NCBI RefSeq assembly: GCF_004010195.1
Contig: NC_057719.1
Span: forward strand, 18,497,159 to 18,561,158
Direction of reading: 5' to 3'
DNA: 64,000 bases
Source: Chiloscyllium plagiosum
Taxonomy: Eukaryota
Both the position numbers and the translations under genes were made by a program. Of the stretch, positions 25,678-37,545 are shown in pieces. Position 1 is the first letter of the stretch; every line of letters starts with the position of its first letter. The notes beneath the pieces were generated by a model, which saw nothing but the letters and a program-made list of their open reading frames with translations, searched no databases and was not told where the DNA came from.

Positions 25678-27139
25678 CCATCTTACAATGTCCCATTGTG
25701 CACGCGGACATGCCCTGTCCATTCAGAGCTGGCCTGCATGGTTCCCGGGACATTGCTGATGGAGGGAGATTGGTGCCCTGTTTTGTGGGCAGGGACCCGA
25801 AGTCCCAGCTGAATGGATCGTGTGAAGATACGGCTTTCCATCCCTCTCGGGACTGGCAGTGGAGGCCACAACAGCAGACCCCACCAGACGCATCCAAGGT
25901 TGCCATCTGGATCATAGAGTGCTCAACCACCTGGAAGAAGATTGTGAAAGTCTTTCTCCATTCTACCAGGGTAAGTACTGCCACATTCTCCTGGGGTTAC
26001 AACACACTCTATCTCTACTAATGGACTCACCACTGACGCCACTAACCCTCCATGCGCTCTGTGCTGCACAGTCACTCACTCAGGATTCTTCCCCACCTGC
26101 AACAAAATAACCAAAATCCACTTTTGTCTCCATTAATACCTGCTCCTCTCTCATTTGAGGAGGAAAACAGCCTACAATATAGGTAAGAATTAGTCAAGAG
26201 GTTGGGGATGCGACCTGACATTTGGCTCCTCACCCCATATGATGAGAATATACTGACTGACTCTGACTGCCCTGAGTGGCTGACTGACTATGTTCAATCT
26301 CCTGGCCTGGTATTGGAGGCTGGCCTTGAGCTTCTATGCAAAGACCCCCTAAGCAAAAGTCGACCCTCTTGTCTTGACTCAGGCCTGGGGACAACCATGG
26401 CAAGTTTCCTGCCTTTGTTTCTGCACTAAATGGCATAGCAGGACAAAAGGACATGTACCTGATCTTGCTGAGAGGTTAAAATATACAACAGCAAGACAAA
26501 GCAGGGATACTGTGAGCATGCAATAGGCTCAGTGTGAGTGAGCACTATGACAGTCAGTAAAGAAACTGGAGATACAGCTGATCCAGTGTATGAGCTGGGT
26601 AGATGTCCCCGAGTGCACATTATCCTTGTAGCAATGTTACAATGATAATTGCAAGTGTAGTCCAAGGCGCAGCATTGAAATATAGAAGTGTTCTCCAAGT
26701 GGAATTGCCAATGAGGGTTCTTACAGGCTGGCTAATCTTGGATGTCATTGTCCATGGACGTGAGGTTCATGCGGCTGGTGCCCTTGAGATGTTGGTGACC
26801 AGTGTCCAACATGGAGGTTCTTCATAGCTGAAGTCTCCATGTACCTGTTCTGATTTCCTTGTTGTGCTGTTTAGGCATTTAACTTGTTTTGCATATGCAG
26901 TAAGATAGCTGCCGGGCTGCTAGTCAAAAGCATAAAATATGGAGCAAGTTGATCACGATGTCGAGATAGGCTTCACTGGACTTCTCACATGATTCTGACC
27001 CAAATCCCACATTGCTTAGACTCCTATGTCTTTTTAATTACAGAAATTTATGTAATTTAATTTTCACATTCATCCATATCCCCAGAACACTAGCCTGCAG
27101 ATCTCTTGATTACTAGCCCAGTGATAAGTATGGAGTGGG

Positions 27140-27625
27140 TTCATGTCGATAAGGGACAAAAGGGGTGACAAATGCTTACAAGTACAGGACATATGAGTAC
27201 TTTGCATCAGAGTTTACTAATAAAGAAAACATTAACAAAATATTATTAAGAAAAGAGATTCTAGAGGTTAATGAATGGGATGAAAACTGATCAGCAGAAT
27301 GTAACTGAAAGGCATGGATATACTGTCTGAACCAGATGGCTTGCTTCCCAAGGTTGCTAAGGGAAATTGGGAAAGTTCACTATTATTTTCCAATATCCCT
27401 TGTATATTGGAAAGGATCGGAAAGTGCCAAATGTAATACATTATTTCACAAAAGCGCTTTTCTGGTTTCTCCAGGCCAGTCACTTTAACCTTAGTGGCGG
27501 GTAAAATTTGAAAGACAATAATCAGGGGAACAAAATAACAAGCATTTAGAGAGTTCGGAGTTATTTAAGGAGACCCAACATGGATTTATAGAATGCAAAT
27601 TGTGTTTCATTAATCTTATTGAATT
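27140..27625 (+). mobile_element. Decayed CR1 ORF2 internal fragment
   Basis: Remnants of EYFAS.FT, PDG..P..L.E, RPV.LT.V.GK and QHGF...C..NLIEF. Confidence 0.7.
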
Positions 27626-27769
27626 TCAACTGGTTAAGCTGGGCCTGTGACCTTTCTGAAAATGTGTTGCTGGAAAAGCGCAGCAGATCAGGCAGCATCC
27701 AAGGAGCAGGAGAATCAACGTTTCGGGCATGAGCCCTTCTTCAGGAATGAGGAAAGTCCGATTTTCCTC

Positions 27770-27805
27770 ATTCCTGAAGAAGGGCTCATGCCCGAAACGT
27801 CGATT
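27770..27805 (+). ncRNA. Minimal hammerhead ribozyme motif, copy 1 of the tandem pair
   Basis: CTGAAGA 27774-27780, gggc-tcat-gccc, GAAACGTC ending at 27801. Confidence 0.75.
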
Positions 27806-27975
27806 TTCCTGCTCCTTGGATGCTGCCTGATCTGCTGCGCTTTTCCAGCAACACATTTTCAGCTCTGATCTCCAGCATCTGCAGTCCTCACTTTCTCCTC
27901 GAAGATTTTAACCTACTGCGAATCCTCTTGCAAGAATGCCTTCCTTGAAGAAGCTATCTTCCTCCCCCTTTCCTC

Positions 27976-28011
27976 ATTCCTGAAGAAGGGCTCATGCCCG
28001 AAACGTCGATT
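27976..28011 (+). ncRNA. Minimal hammerhead ribozyme motif, copy 2 of the tandem pair
   Basis: CTGAAGA 27980-27986, gggc-tcat-gccc, GAAACGTC ending at 28007. Confidence 0.75.
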
Positions 28012-29170
28012 CTCCTGCTCCTTGGATGCTGCCTGACCTGCTGCGCTTTTCCAGCAACACATTTTCAGCTCTGATCTCCAGCATCTGCAATCCTCACTTT
28101 CTCCTGTGACCTTTCTACTTATAACAAAATGGGTTGAGGAGAGATTCACTCCAGTGCTTAAGCGTATGATGTTTGGATAGGATTGCAAAAGAAGTGCCTT
28201 TCTCATTACCTGATTACACAAGGTGTAGGAGACACGCATTTGATGTTTCAGCCAAAAACAAATACAAGGAGGATGTGAGGGAAAATATTTTTATACAGTG
28301 AGCAGGAGCTGGAATTCACTATTTGTGAAAGTGAGGGCAATCAGTTATCTCAAAGGAAAATAGGATGGGCACTAAATGTGCAAAACAACATGAAGGGTGC
28401 AAGAAAATGAGGCAGACTGGATAACTCTACAGAGAACAGATCAATAGAGCAACTGGGATATTCTGCAATGACTCTCGGGGCTAACGTTTTTACCATTCTT
28501 CAGGTCAGTGACTCACTTCCGGTGAACAGGGAATGGGAATTAAGATTGAAGGTAGGAAGCTTGAAAGCTAAGCGGAGATGGTATAATTAGGGAGAAGTAC
28601 TTGGCTGCCATGCAAAGTAAGTAACTGGGAGGAGACTTGTCAGAGGATGCTTCCCAGCAACGTTTTAAAGTCTTAAACAAAAATTCAGAATAAGAAAAGC
28701 AGCCAGGCCACCGCTGGGCAGGAGTTTGTAAATCTATCTACAGCTTGGGTGTTTGGCGGGACTCTTACCCTGGCAGGTCTACCAGGAGAGGCCTGCCAGG
28801 CGTCACACAGTTTATCTGCCTCCTTACTATGAAGGAAGTTGGCAGCTCCCAGAAAATCCAAATCAGCATCCTAAACTTCTATTTCTCAATTCAGGTTCTA
28901 AATGATTGCCTGCTTCCATTTTGGGCAGGATGTGGATGTAATGCAGTCTTCCTGAGTCCTGAATCCTTCTCTTCCAAAATATCCAGCACAGGGATTGGAG
29001 GCCTACTACTGAAATGCAAGCCAGCATCAGTAACTACGGGATAAACCCTACATTCTATTCCTTTCCCAGCTGCAAAGGGCTTCATAAGGTCAGCCTTCTG
29101 TCTCTACCATTTGATGATCAATCTCCTGAACAGTATTGTAAGTAACTCAGAAGAAAACTCTTACAAACAA

Positions 29171-30129
29171 TAGAGTCATAGAGTCATAGAGATGTACAGC
29201 ATGGAAACAGACCCTTCGGTCCAACCCGTCCATGCTGACCAGATATCCCAACCCAATCTAGTCCCACCTGCCAGCACCCGGCCCATATCCCTCCAAACCC
29301 TTCCATAATCATATACCCATCCAAATGCCTCTTAAATGTTGCAACTGTACCAGCCTCCACCACATCCTCTGGCAGCTCATTCCATACATGTACCACCCTC
29401 TGTGTGAAAAAGTTGCCCCTGAGGTCACTTTTATATCTTTCCCCTCTCACCCTAAACCTATGCCCTCTAGATCTGGACTCCCCGACCCCAGGGAAAAGAC
29501 TTTGTCTATTTATCCTATCCATGCCCCTCATAATTTTGTAAACCTCTATATGGTCACCCCTCAGCCTCTGACGCTCCAGGAAAACAGCCCCAGCCTGTTC
29601 AGCCTCTCTCCGTAGCTCAGATCCTCCAACTCTGGCAACATCGTTGTAAATCTTTTCTGAACCCTTTCAAGTTTCACAACATCTTTCCGATAGGAAGGAG
29701 ACCACAATTGCATGCAATATTCCAACAGTGTCCTAACCAATGTCCTGTATAGCCGCAACATGACCTCCCAACCCCTCTACACAATACTCTGATCAACAAA
29801 CAAAAGCATACCAAACGCCTTCTTCACTATCCTATCTACCTGCAAATCCACTTTCAAGGAGCTATGAACCTGCACTCCAAGGTTTCTTTGTTCAGCAACA
29901 CTCCCTAGGAACTTACCACTCCCTAAGTCCTGCTAAGATTTGCTTTCCCAACATGCAGCACCTCGCATTTATATGAATTAAACTCCATCTGCCACTTCTC
30001 AGTCCATTGGCCCATCTGATCAAGATCCTGTTGTAATCTGAGGTAACCCTCTTCTCTGTCCACTACACCTCCAATTTTGGCGTCATCTGCAAACTTACTA
30101 ACTTACTTACCTCTTATGCTCGCATCCAA
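29171..30129 (-). mobile_element. CR1 (HER1-like) LINE 3' fragment
   Basis: rc contains KFADD (about 30080-30095), LERVQKRFT, RGHRFRV and WNELP; (tagagtca)n tail. Confidence 0.95.
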
Positions 30130-32918
30130 CTGAGTCATTTTTGAAAAGGCTGTTTTTTGGGAGGGGCAAGTTGAAGGTGTAAACGTCACTGAAACCTCCA
30201 GGTTGTCATGATAATAGATTAGAACCCCAAAGGTTCTGTGGACGTTATTAATTTATAATTTCAAAATGAGTTTTTTTTTAAAATGAGGACCACTACAGGC
30301 AAAAAGGGACAGCGGATGAGGACTCAATGCTCTCTGGTAAGGTCCTGCCTTGGACCTGTGGAATGTTGCAATGTAGAGTGTCAGGGGAACATCAAAGAGA
30401 GTGAGGGACAGAAGTGGTAATGAGGTGATTGACTATCTTGCCCCCTCAGCAAAAAAAACCTTCTAGGGCTATACAAAAACAAGTATTCAAAACTGACTGA
30501 AAGCCTGGTCTGCGTGTACTTGTAAAAGAAGGTGTACTGGTGAACTGAGGTTCATGTGTATTAGCCAGGTTCATGTGTGCTATCCTGGGTTTAATGTGAA
30601 GGTCACAGTCAAACTGCCATTCTAGTAGTCACCCATGCATTGCAGGTAAGAAAAAACTCTCTCACTCGACATGCTAATTCATTAAGGGACCTCATCCAAC
30701 ATCTGGACATAAGGTCTGCTTGAGTTTATAACTCCAAACCATCAGTACAATGCAATAAATCTTTGTTCAGTAAGCCTGCAGTATCATTTTTTTTTGTAAA
30801 GTTGTTAACCTGTACACTTTTAAATCAGTAAGCATAGGAATTCAAAGTTTTAAATCATTTAAAATAGATGGGAGATTTCAAGCATCCTACAGGGAAAAAA
30901 AAAACATTATTTCACTGGTCAGTTTAACATTTTATTTTAGCACTAATGAAAAATGAAATCTTCAGATTTTATTTGCTGTGTGCATCACAATTCATAGCTG
31001 CCACCTAATACAGCACAGGCAGCCCAATAGTGAGACCTCTAATCCTGCAGACAAGAGGGTACAAGAGACAACAGAATGGTGGGGTTGTATTCACTCTCGT
31101 TTTCATTTTTCCACCTGGCAGAGCCACAGTTAGCAAGAAATGACATCAACAAAGCTTGGGGTCCAATGGGATACCATTTCCCTCTGGGAGACATTCAGGA
31201 TGAACCAGCTTGCAATAAAACCACCCTCGAATAATTTAGTCACACAGCGACTGCTGGCTGCAGGTTTTGCGCAGATTTTGATTACATGGTCCATTTAGAG
31301 AAAGCTAGCACCTGACTAGTGTGACAAGAAGATGACAATTAAGTGTAGATCTGCATGAAAATTGTGTGGAACAAAAAAAAATGTACAATAGGCAGACACT
31401 GTCAGTAAAAGGGACAGTTTCAGATTGAAAATGAATTGCAAAAAAATCGGTCTTTAATTAGAAAAAGGTGACAGTAAGCAAGAAGTGACAATAAAAGGGA
31501 TGACAGGAGGTGGAATCAAATATACATTATTCAATAAGTGAATCCAATTTTTCCCTCTAAAACTGATGATTGAGTTCATGCTGCAGGAGGTGTAAAGCTA
31601 TGACTTAGTGAAAATTAATTCACCCCATGAAAAGATGTGAACCAGAGTTTCATAACGATGCAGTGAGTTCACACTCCAATCCATTTTGTATTGTGATTTC
31701 ACATTTGGGGGAGTTCTCTTAAAAACTACTGAATTCCCAATCTCAGTATTGTGGACGTGGAGTGAGAGTCACCCCATAAGGGAAGATGGAGAGTTGCTGC
31801 ACCATTCACTTTGGGCACCTTTAGGTAACTTGTTAAATTGTTTCTCGAAAAGCATCATCAACACCGATTCCTGACCATTCAATTGATTGTCCGTCTAGGA
31901 TGACTGCAGGGCACGAGATGAAATAAGTGGATGTATTTTCCTCTCTCCCTGTGAATGTTAGCAAACTGAAGAAAAAGAGTCCATGTGAGGTTAGGAGAGT
32001 GAAACATTAGTAAATACCTGAAAGAGGAGATTTAAAGAAGTGTAATCCAAATGGAGAAAAGCCACAAGACTTGTGCACACTACTGCCCTGATGGCTTTAA
32101 TTAGTTCATGGATACCAAAAAACCTGGATCCCATGATGAAACTTATTACTGGCTTTAGCCAAGGGCTCTCTTAAGACAAAAAGTAAAAATCAACAATAGG
32201 TAGAAATAAAGTGGACTATCCTGAATCTCCCATAAATCTTAAAATATATGAGTCCATAACATTAAAACCAGCACTGTGAGTCATATTACCGTCAGACAGA
32301 TTAATTCAGATGGAAACTGGACACAAAATTACTGGTTGATTTATGCAAAGTGTATTATAAGGTTTTTTAAGTAGATATAGAGAATAGTAGTAAATTTGTA
32401 GATCTATCTACTTATAATATAAACATAAAAATATGAACAACAAAGATGAATAGGCCATTCAGCCCTTCAGAACTGCTCCACCATTTCATAAAATTATGGC
32501 TGAGTTGGCAAAGAATGCAAAAATAAATAAATAAAAGAGCTCACCTTCTCCTAAAAGCCACCCTTATCCTGCTCGTACTTTGTAAATCTGGGGAACTGCA
32601 TTATCCAGGCAAGAAACAGGTGGTCACGTATCAAAATGTGCACCAATCTTCTCGAATGAGAAGATGCTCTCAAACTATAAAGCATCCAGCATATCTGAAT
32701 GAATGCTCATGCCTCAAAAAGGTTCTTTTGAACAGAATGAAAAGGATTAAAACCACTGCCATCATACTTTGGAGGAGAGAGAATAGGAAGTCAGGAAAGG
32801 GGCAAGTGCAACAGAATCATCTATCAGAAAGTAGCATTAATCTAGATGCATCTAAATATCAAAGGCTTTATAAAAGTCTTAGTCTTCTTTCTATTTTGTT
32901 ATCTTCATAATTCTGGAC

Positions 32919-33244
32919 TAGAATTCTTATAGTATGGAAGCAGGACATTTAACCCATCAAGTCCACACCAACCCTCCAAACAGCATCCCACCCCACCACC
33001 TTGTCCCTGTAACCCTGTATTCCCCATGGTTAAACCACGTCCCTGGACACTACAGGGCAATTTAGCTTGGCCAATCCACCTAACCTGCACATTTTTGGAT
33101 TGTGGGAGGAAACCAGAGCATCTGACGGAAACCCACACAGACATGCAGAGAACATGCAAATTCCACACAGTCACATGTGGGTGGAATCAACTTGGGTCCC
33201 GGATGCTGTGAGGCAGCAGCGCTAACCACTGAGCCACCATGCTG
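32919..33244 (-). mobile_element. HE1-type SINE
   Basis: Same head, central domain and tail as the other HE1 copies. Confidence 0.9.
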
Positions 33245-35050
33245 ACTTAATGCCCATAGGACATGCACTAAAACATCAACTGCTCACTGACATTTGAAAC
33301 ATATCTCATTTTCAGCAACAGTTTCTTCTACACAAATTTGGATGGCAATGATGGATGCTCCTCTCATGTATTTATTTGGCCAGATCTCCTTAAATACAGT
33401 GACCCTTCTTCCATGTCCATTTCTACCTATTGGTGTCCACTGCTATTTCAAGATCTACGTTTTGCCCTTTTTCATGGCATAAGAGGAGGTCCAGACTAAA
33501 GGTAAGTAGTAACCAGCCATATTTCAGGATGACTGGAAACTGGTCAGGATACGAAAGGTTGCTGTGTTGACAAGATATGGCACTGACTGAAATGATGGCC
33601 ATTGCTGGAAGGTGAAAAGCTGGATAAAGAGTAAATTTAGATAAATAGCCAAATCTGAGTGTTCAAAGGAGACCTCGCTTCTCCTGACAAAACAGATTTT
33701 TTCCTATATCTTTTTTAGCAACTGATCTGTTATAGCTGTTATTGTAAGACAGATTTTCCTGTAATAGGGCTCTGGGGAATTTATAAGTTACAATCGGCAA
33801 AGTGATTCAAACCCGCAGAATATATGCAATGTCATGTCAGTTGTTAGATCTGGGCACTATTCTCAGGGAGATTCATGAGGTCAACATTCTCTCCATCTGC
33901 CATTAACATGCGTGTGAAGAAGGGTCATGGGCCAAACTAGTGCATGGTATGGCAATTCAGAGAGCTAAGATTAGGACATTTATCTAAATTTCAGCTGGGT
34001 CAATTTGGCTAAAAAAAGTTTATGATAGAGATTATCTGAGGTTCATGACTAATCCTCATTCCAAAAATCTCTTAACAGTAGTCAAGGAGCTTCTTAACCT
34101 CTGTGAACAATATATAAACACATGAAAGACTTAAACATCATGGTAGAACATTGAATACAAAAGGGATGTTTACTGAGTGATCTAAGTAGACAGAAACCAC
34201 ACCTGCCTTTGTTGATATAACTTGTAAAGTCTGCTTTCCTCAGGAAGTATTTGTAAATGTAATTATCTGGTGCATCATCTCTTTTCTATCAGTTAAAAGG
34301 AGCATCAGTGATTCTTAAGCCTGAGGAAAAAAAGGCAGTTTCTGCTTGTCAGTTGATAAAAGAGTAAAATTTTGTGCATAAAAGTTTCTGCAATTTTATT
34401 TATTGAACATGTGTGATATTGTCCCCTTTGTATGCAACAAGTAACTGATACTCAGACACTAGTAGAACTCCAAACCTGATCCTGGTAGAGTTAACTAAGC
34501 TATGTTGGAGTCAAAGTAAATGTGCCCCTGAGTTAGAGGCATTGCTGAAACGTTTTGACTTGCACTCATCATCACAAATGCAAACATACCAAATTTCAAA
34601 CAACCATGACAAGTTACACTACAGGAGAAAATAAGGTTGATTGGTTGACAAGTCAGCCCTGATTGGCTGTGGCCTTGTCATGGGGAAAGAAAAGATGAAC
34701 GACAGTCTCCCCAAGTCTCTGGATAATTCAAAATAATTCAGGAGATAACACCACACCTTCAATGCAGTAAAATATTCTAACAAATTTCATAGGAGCCAGT
34801 ATTAAACAAAATTTGGCACTGAGCCATACATGATGACGATCAAAAGCTTGATCAAAGAAACGGGCTTTAAATAGCATCCTTGTGGGTGATGGTGAGTTGT
34901 GAGAGGCAGGGACAGTTAGGGTAGAAAGTCTAGAATTTATGGACCACATAGTTCAGGTCATGACAACAAAGTAGGAGCATTTAAAATTGACGATTCACAA
35001 GAGGCTAAAATTGGAGGATGTAAAAGATTTCAGATAAGATATTCCATGCA

Positions 35051-35180
35051 GGAGAAAGTGAGGACTATAGCTGCTGGAGATCAGAATCGAGAGTCAAGCA
35101 ATTCCTGATGAAGGTATTGTGCCCGAAACATCAATTGTCCTGCTCCTTGGATGCCGACTGATCGGCTGTGCTTTCTCGGC
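35051..35180. mobile_element. Penelope-derived insertion (family A) with one arm mostly deleted
   Basis: Antisense tail ggagaaagtgaggact...gagatcag joined to a sense hammerhead arm (ctgatga...gcccgaaacatc). Degenerate direct repeat aagatattccatgca / aagatgttctatgca (35036-35050, 35181-35195). Confidence 0.8.
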
Positions 35181-35212
35181 AAGATGTTCTATGCAACTAG
35201 CTCAGCAATTCT

Positions 35213-35561
35213 GGGGAGGCAATGGCCCAGTGGTATTATCACTGGACTATTGGTCCAGAGATTCTGGTATTGTTCTGGGGACTTGGGTTCAAATCCTACC
35301 ATGGCAGATGGTACAACTTGAATTTGATAAAAATCTGGAATTGTGAGTCTAGCAATGATCATGAAAGCATTGTTGATTGTCAGGAAAAGTCCATCTGGCT
35401 CACTAATATCTCTTAGGGAGGGAAACTGTCATCCTTACCTGTTCTGGCCTACATGTAACTCCAGATCCACAGCAATGTGGTTGACACTTAACTGCCCTCT
35501 GGGAAATTAGGGATGGGCAACAAAAGCCAGGGATACCCTCATCCTGTGAATGAATAAAAAA
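35213..35561 (+). mobile_element. tRNA-derived SINE with a Meta-domain-like core and a tail shared with the 6828-7650 LINE
   Basis: A box tggcccagtgg, B box gggttcaaatcc, core (ctcactaat...tagggagggaaa...ccttacctg.tctggcctacatgt.actccaga), tail aattagggatgggcaa...gaatgaataaaa. The superfamily name is from recall. Confidence 0.75.
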
Positions 35562-36151
35562 ATTCACAATGCAGCTGTGGTGCACTTTGAGAATCCACAA
35601 AACACTGAAAGAGAGAGATAAATGAATGCAGATTTCCTGAACCCAATCTTCCTAATGAGACATCAATCTGAATATGAGTAGTCAGATATATTCCTAATAT
35701 GAGACAGTAAATCACAGGCATTGTAATTTTATTCTAGATCTGACCTTTGGGATAAAATTTTAAAAATTAATAGGAGTTGCACTTTGTTGTTCAGGCTGCT
35801 TGAAATTGTGCTCGGCCAATCTTTCATTGTTTAATAAAGCCTTATACAGATTCAACATAAGAGCAGTACAATTGCAATCAGCAACCTCTAAATGTTAGGT
35901 GAAGGTAGCATTATACAGGGAAGTGTTGACCTCTGTAGTCCATGCACACCTTTAATGTCTAATAAGTAATAATTGACATCCAATCTCACCCGTGTAGAAA
36001 TTAGCTGATAGATTAAAGAGTGGCTGCACCTATGGTAACACAATTGTACTTTCTGGTCAAAAAGATGGAAGTCTGCATAAAAAAAATCATGTAAAATTCC
36101 GTGAATAATTTGAGAGTTCCATTATTCCATGCTATAACAGTTTTAAAAAAT

Positions 36152-36245
36152 TGACAAAGTCAGAAGTCACACCACAGCAGGTTAGACTCTAACAGGTTTA
36201 TTTGAAATCACAAGCTTTCAGAGTGCTGCTCCTTCATCAGGTGAA
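36152..36245 (-). mobile_element. Hammerhead-bearing short element (family B), single arm
   Basis: rc = cac CTGATGA aggagcagcactct GAA AGCT T gtg ...aataaacctgtt...gtgacttctgactttgtc. Confidence 0.8.
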
Positions 36246-36326
36246 AAAAAATTACAATTTGCAATTTTATGTTAGCAACAATATTTGGCAGCCTGGAATT
36301 TACTTTATAATGTTAAGGTGGAACAT

Positions 36327-36497
36327 GTTAAAAATCACAACACTAGGTTACAGTCCAACAGGATTATCAACTAGTTACCTGATGAAGGAGCAGCACTCTG
36401 AAAGCTAGTGCCTCCAAATAAACCTGTTGGACTATAATCTGGTGTTGTGTGATTTTTAACTTCGGCCACCCCAGTCCAACATCAGCACCTCCACATC
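36327..36497 (+). mobile_element. Hammerhead-bearing palindromic short element (family B)
   Basis: Short inverted arm + sense arm with hammerhead + tail (ccccagtccaaca..gcacctccacatca). Direct repeat aaggtggaacatg / aaggtggaagatg (36315-36327, 36498-36510). Confidence 0.85.
36376..36410 (+). ncRNA. Minimal hammerhead ribozyme motif (AGCT stem III variant)
   Basis: tac CTGATGA (36379-36385) aggagc agc actct GAA AGCT A gtg; stem II weakened by apparent CpG decay. Confidence 0.65.
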
Positions 36498-37309
36498 AAG
36501 GTGGAAGATGACAGCGACATGGCGTATGGGGTTAAACTGAATCACAAGTTTCCTTTCAGAAAAAAGAGCCAATTGTTAGTCAATCTCCACACAGAAGGTA
36601 GCAGTTCGACCTAAGATGAAACAAAAAGAATAACTACTTTTTGTTTCATTCTCCCCCATACTTCAAAGCCATTAACCAGACCTATATATCTCCTCTGGGT
36701 TTATCATTAAATGATGCTTTCAAGTGAATATTTGTGCTATGCAACACTTGAAGGTAGAGATGGGTGTTTTGCCAAGGCTTCCTAAGGTAGAGAAGCCATA
36801 CTAAATTACCTATAAAAGCAAGATATCATGATGGTATGTTGTCTTTCAATTTCAAACAAAGCAAAACCTGCTGGAAGGTGAGCCTTGTGATTCCTGAATA
36901 CAGTGTATGGATCCTAAATTGGATTTTAATTTCTCTGTCGATGAAGGTTTTCTTTTGTGCGTTGAACATTACTTGAGAACAACTGAAGAAAGGACAGTCA
37001 TTTGCAGTTTTCTGATTTAATCTGCATTTAAGCAGAATCCCTACAGCCACTGTTGGTTAATAAGTTTTAAGTGGGTGGAAAGATAAAATTTGCTAGCAAC
37101 AGGGAAGGGAGCTGTCAGGTTTCCTGATCCCACAGCAAAAAAAAAGTATTAATGAGTAAAGCTCCCTGCTGCTGTTATAGAACATGCAATTTCAGTGTCA
37201 GCCACAACTTATTGGATAGCTTCCTGCCTCCAAGTTGGATGTTGCGCATTCACATTTCATTCTTGAACACAAAATCAGTCTTGGTTTTCATTTGTTGTAG
37301 TACTGAGAG

Positions 37310-37545
37310 AGGGGCTGTTGAACATTTGAGACATTAAACCAAAGCCCCATTCCAATGTGAGAAGGTCCTATGACATCACTTAAAATAAGAGACAGGAAGA
37401 TCTGTCTGGTGTCTTGGCCAACATTTATCCAACAGGATCATAGTACGGTTTTCAGCCTTTGACTTGTTTGTTACAATGCTTATCCTTCAAAAAGTACTTC
37501 CTTGGCTGTAAAGCACTTAGGAAGATCCTCAGGATGTAAAAATAC
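37310..37545 (+). mobile_element. Decayed DeuSINE-like remnant
   Basis: gagacattaaacc.a.gcccc...gtcctatg.ca...aga..cagga...ctggtgtcttggccaacatttatcc resembles the Deu domain as I recall it; L2-like tail ttggctgtaaagcactt. A weaker remnant lies at about 22340-22440. Confidence 0.55.

Larger units (their letters stand above)
27656..28105 (+). mobile_element. Mini non-autonomous Penelope element (family A): inverted arm + two tandem sense units, three hammerhead motifs
   Basis: Arm 27656-27755 pairs with 27763-27862 (2 mismatches). Second sense unit 27969-28105. Flanked by cctgtgacctttct (27644-27657, 28103-28116). Confidence 0.95.

Noticed and set aside
25690..26900. Decayed PIF/Harbinger transposon (WLLTPY and CCAL-like peptides, GC-richer)
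   Set aside because: The motifs are too short and lie on different strands, and no TIRs were found. It needs an HMM search.
27626..28239. Recurrent MCCWKSAA...PFFRN peptides (also at 9026, 41749 and 53465) as a gene family
   Set aside because: They are translations of the antisense PLE 3' UTR and recur only because the repeat recurs.
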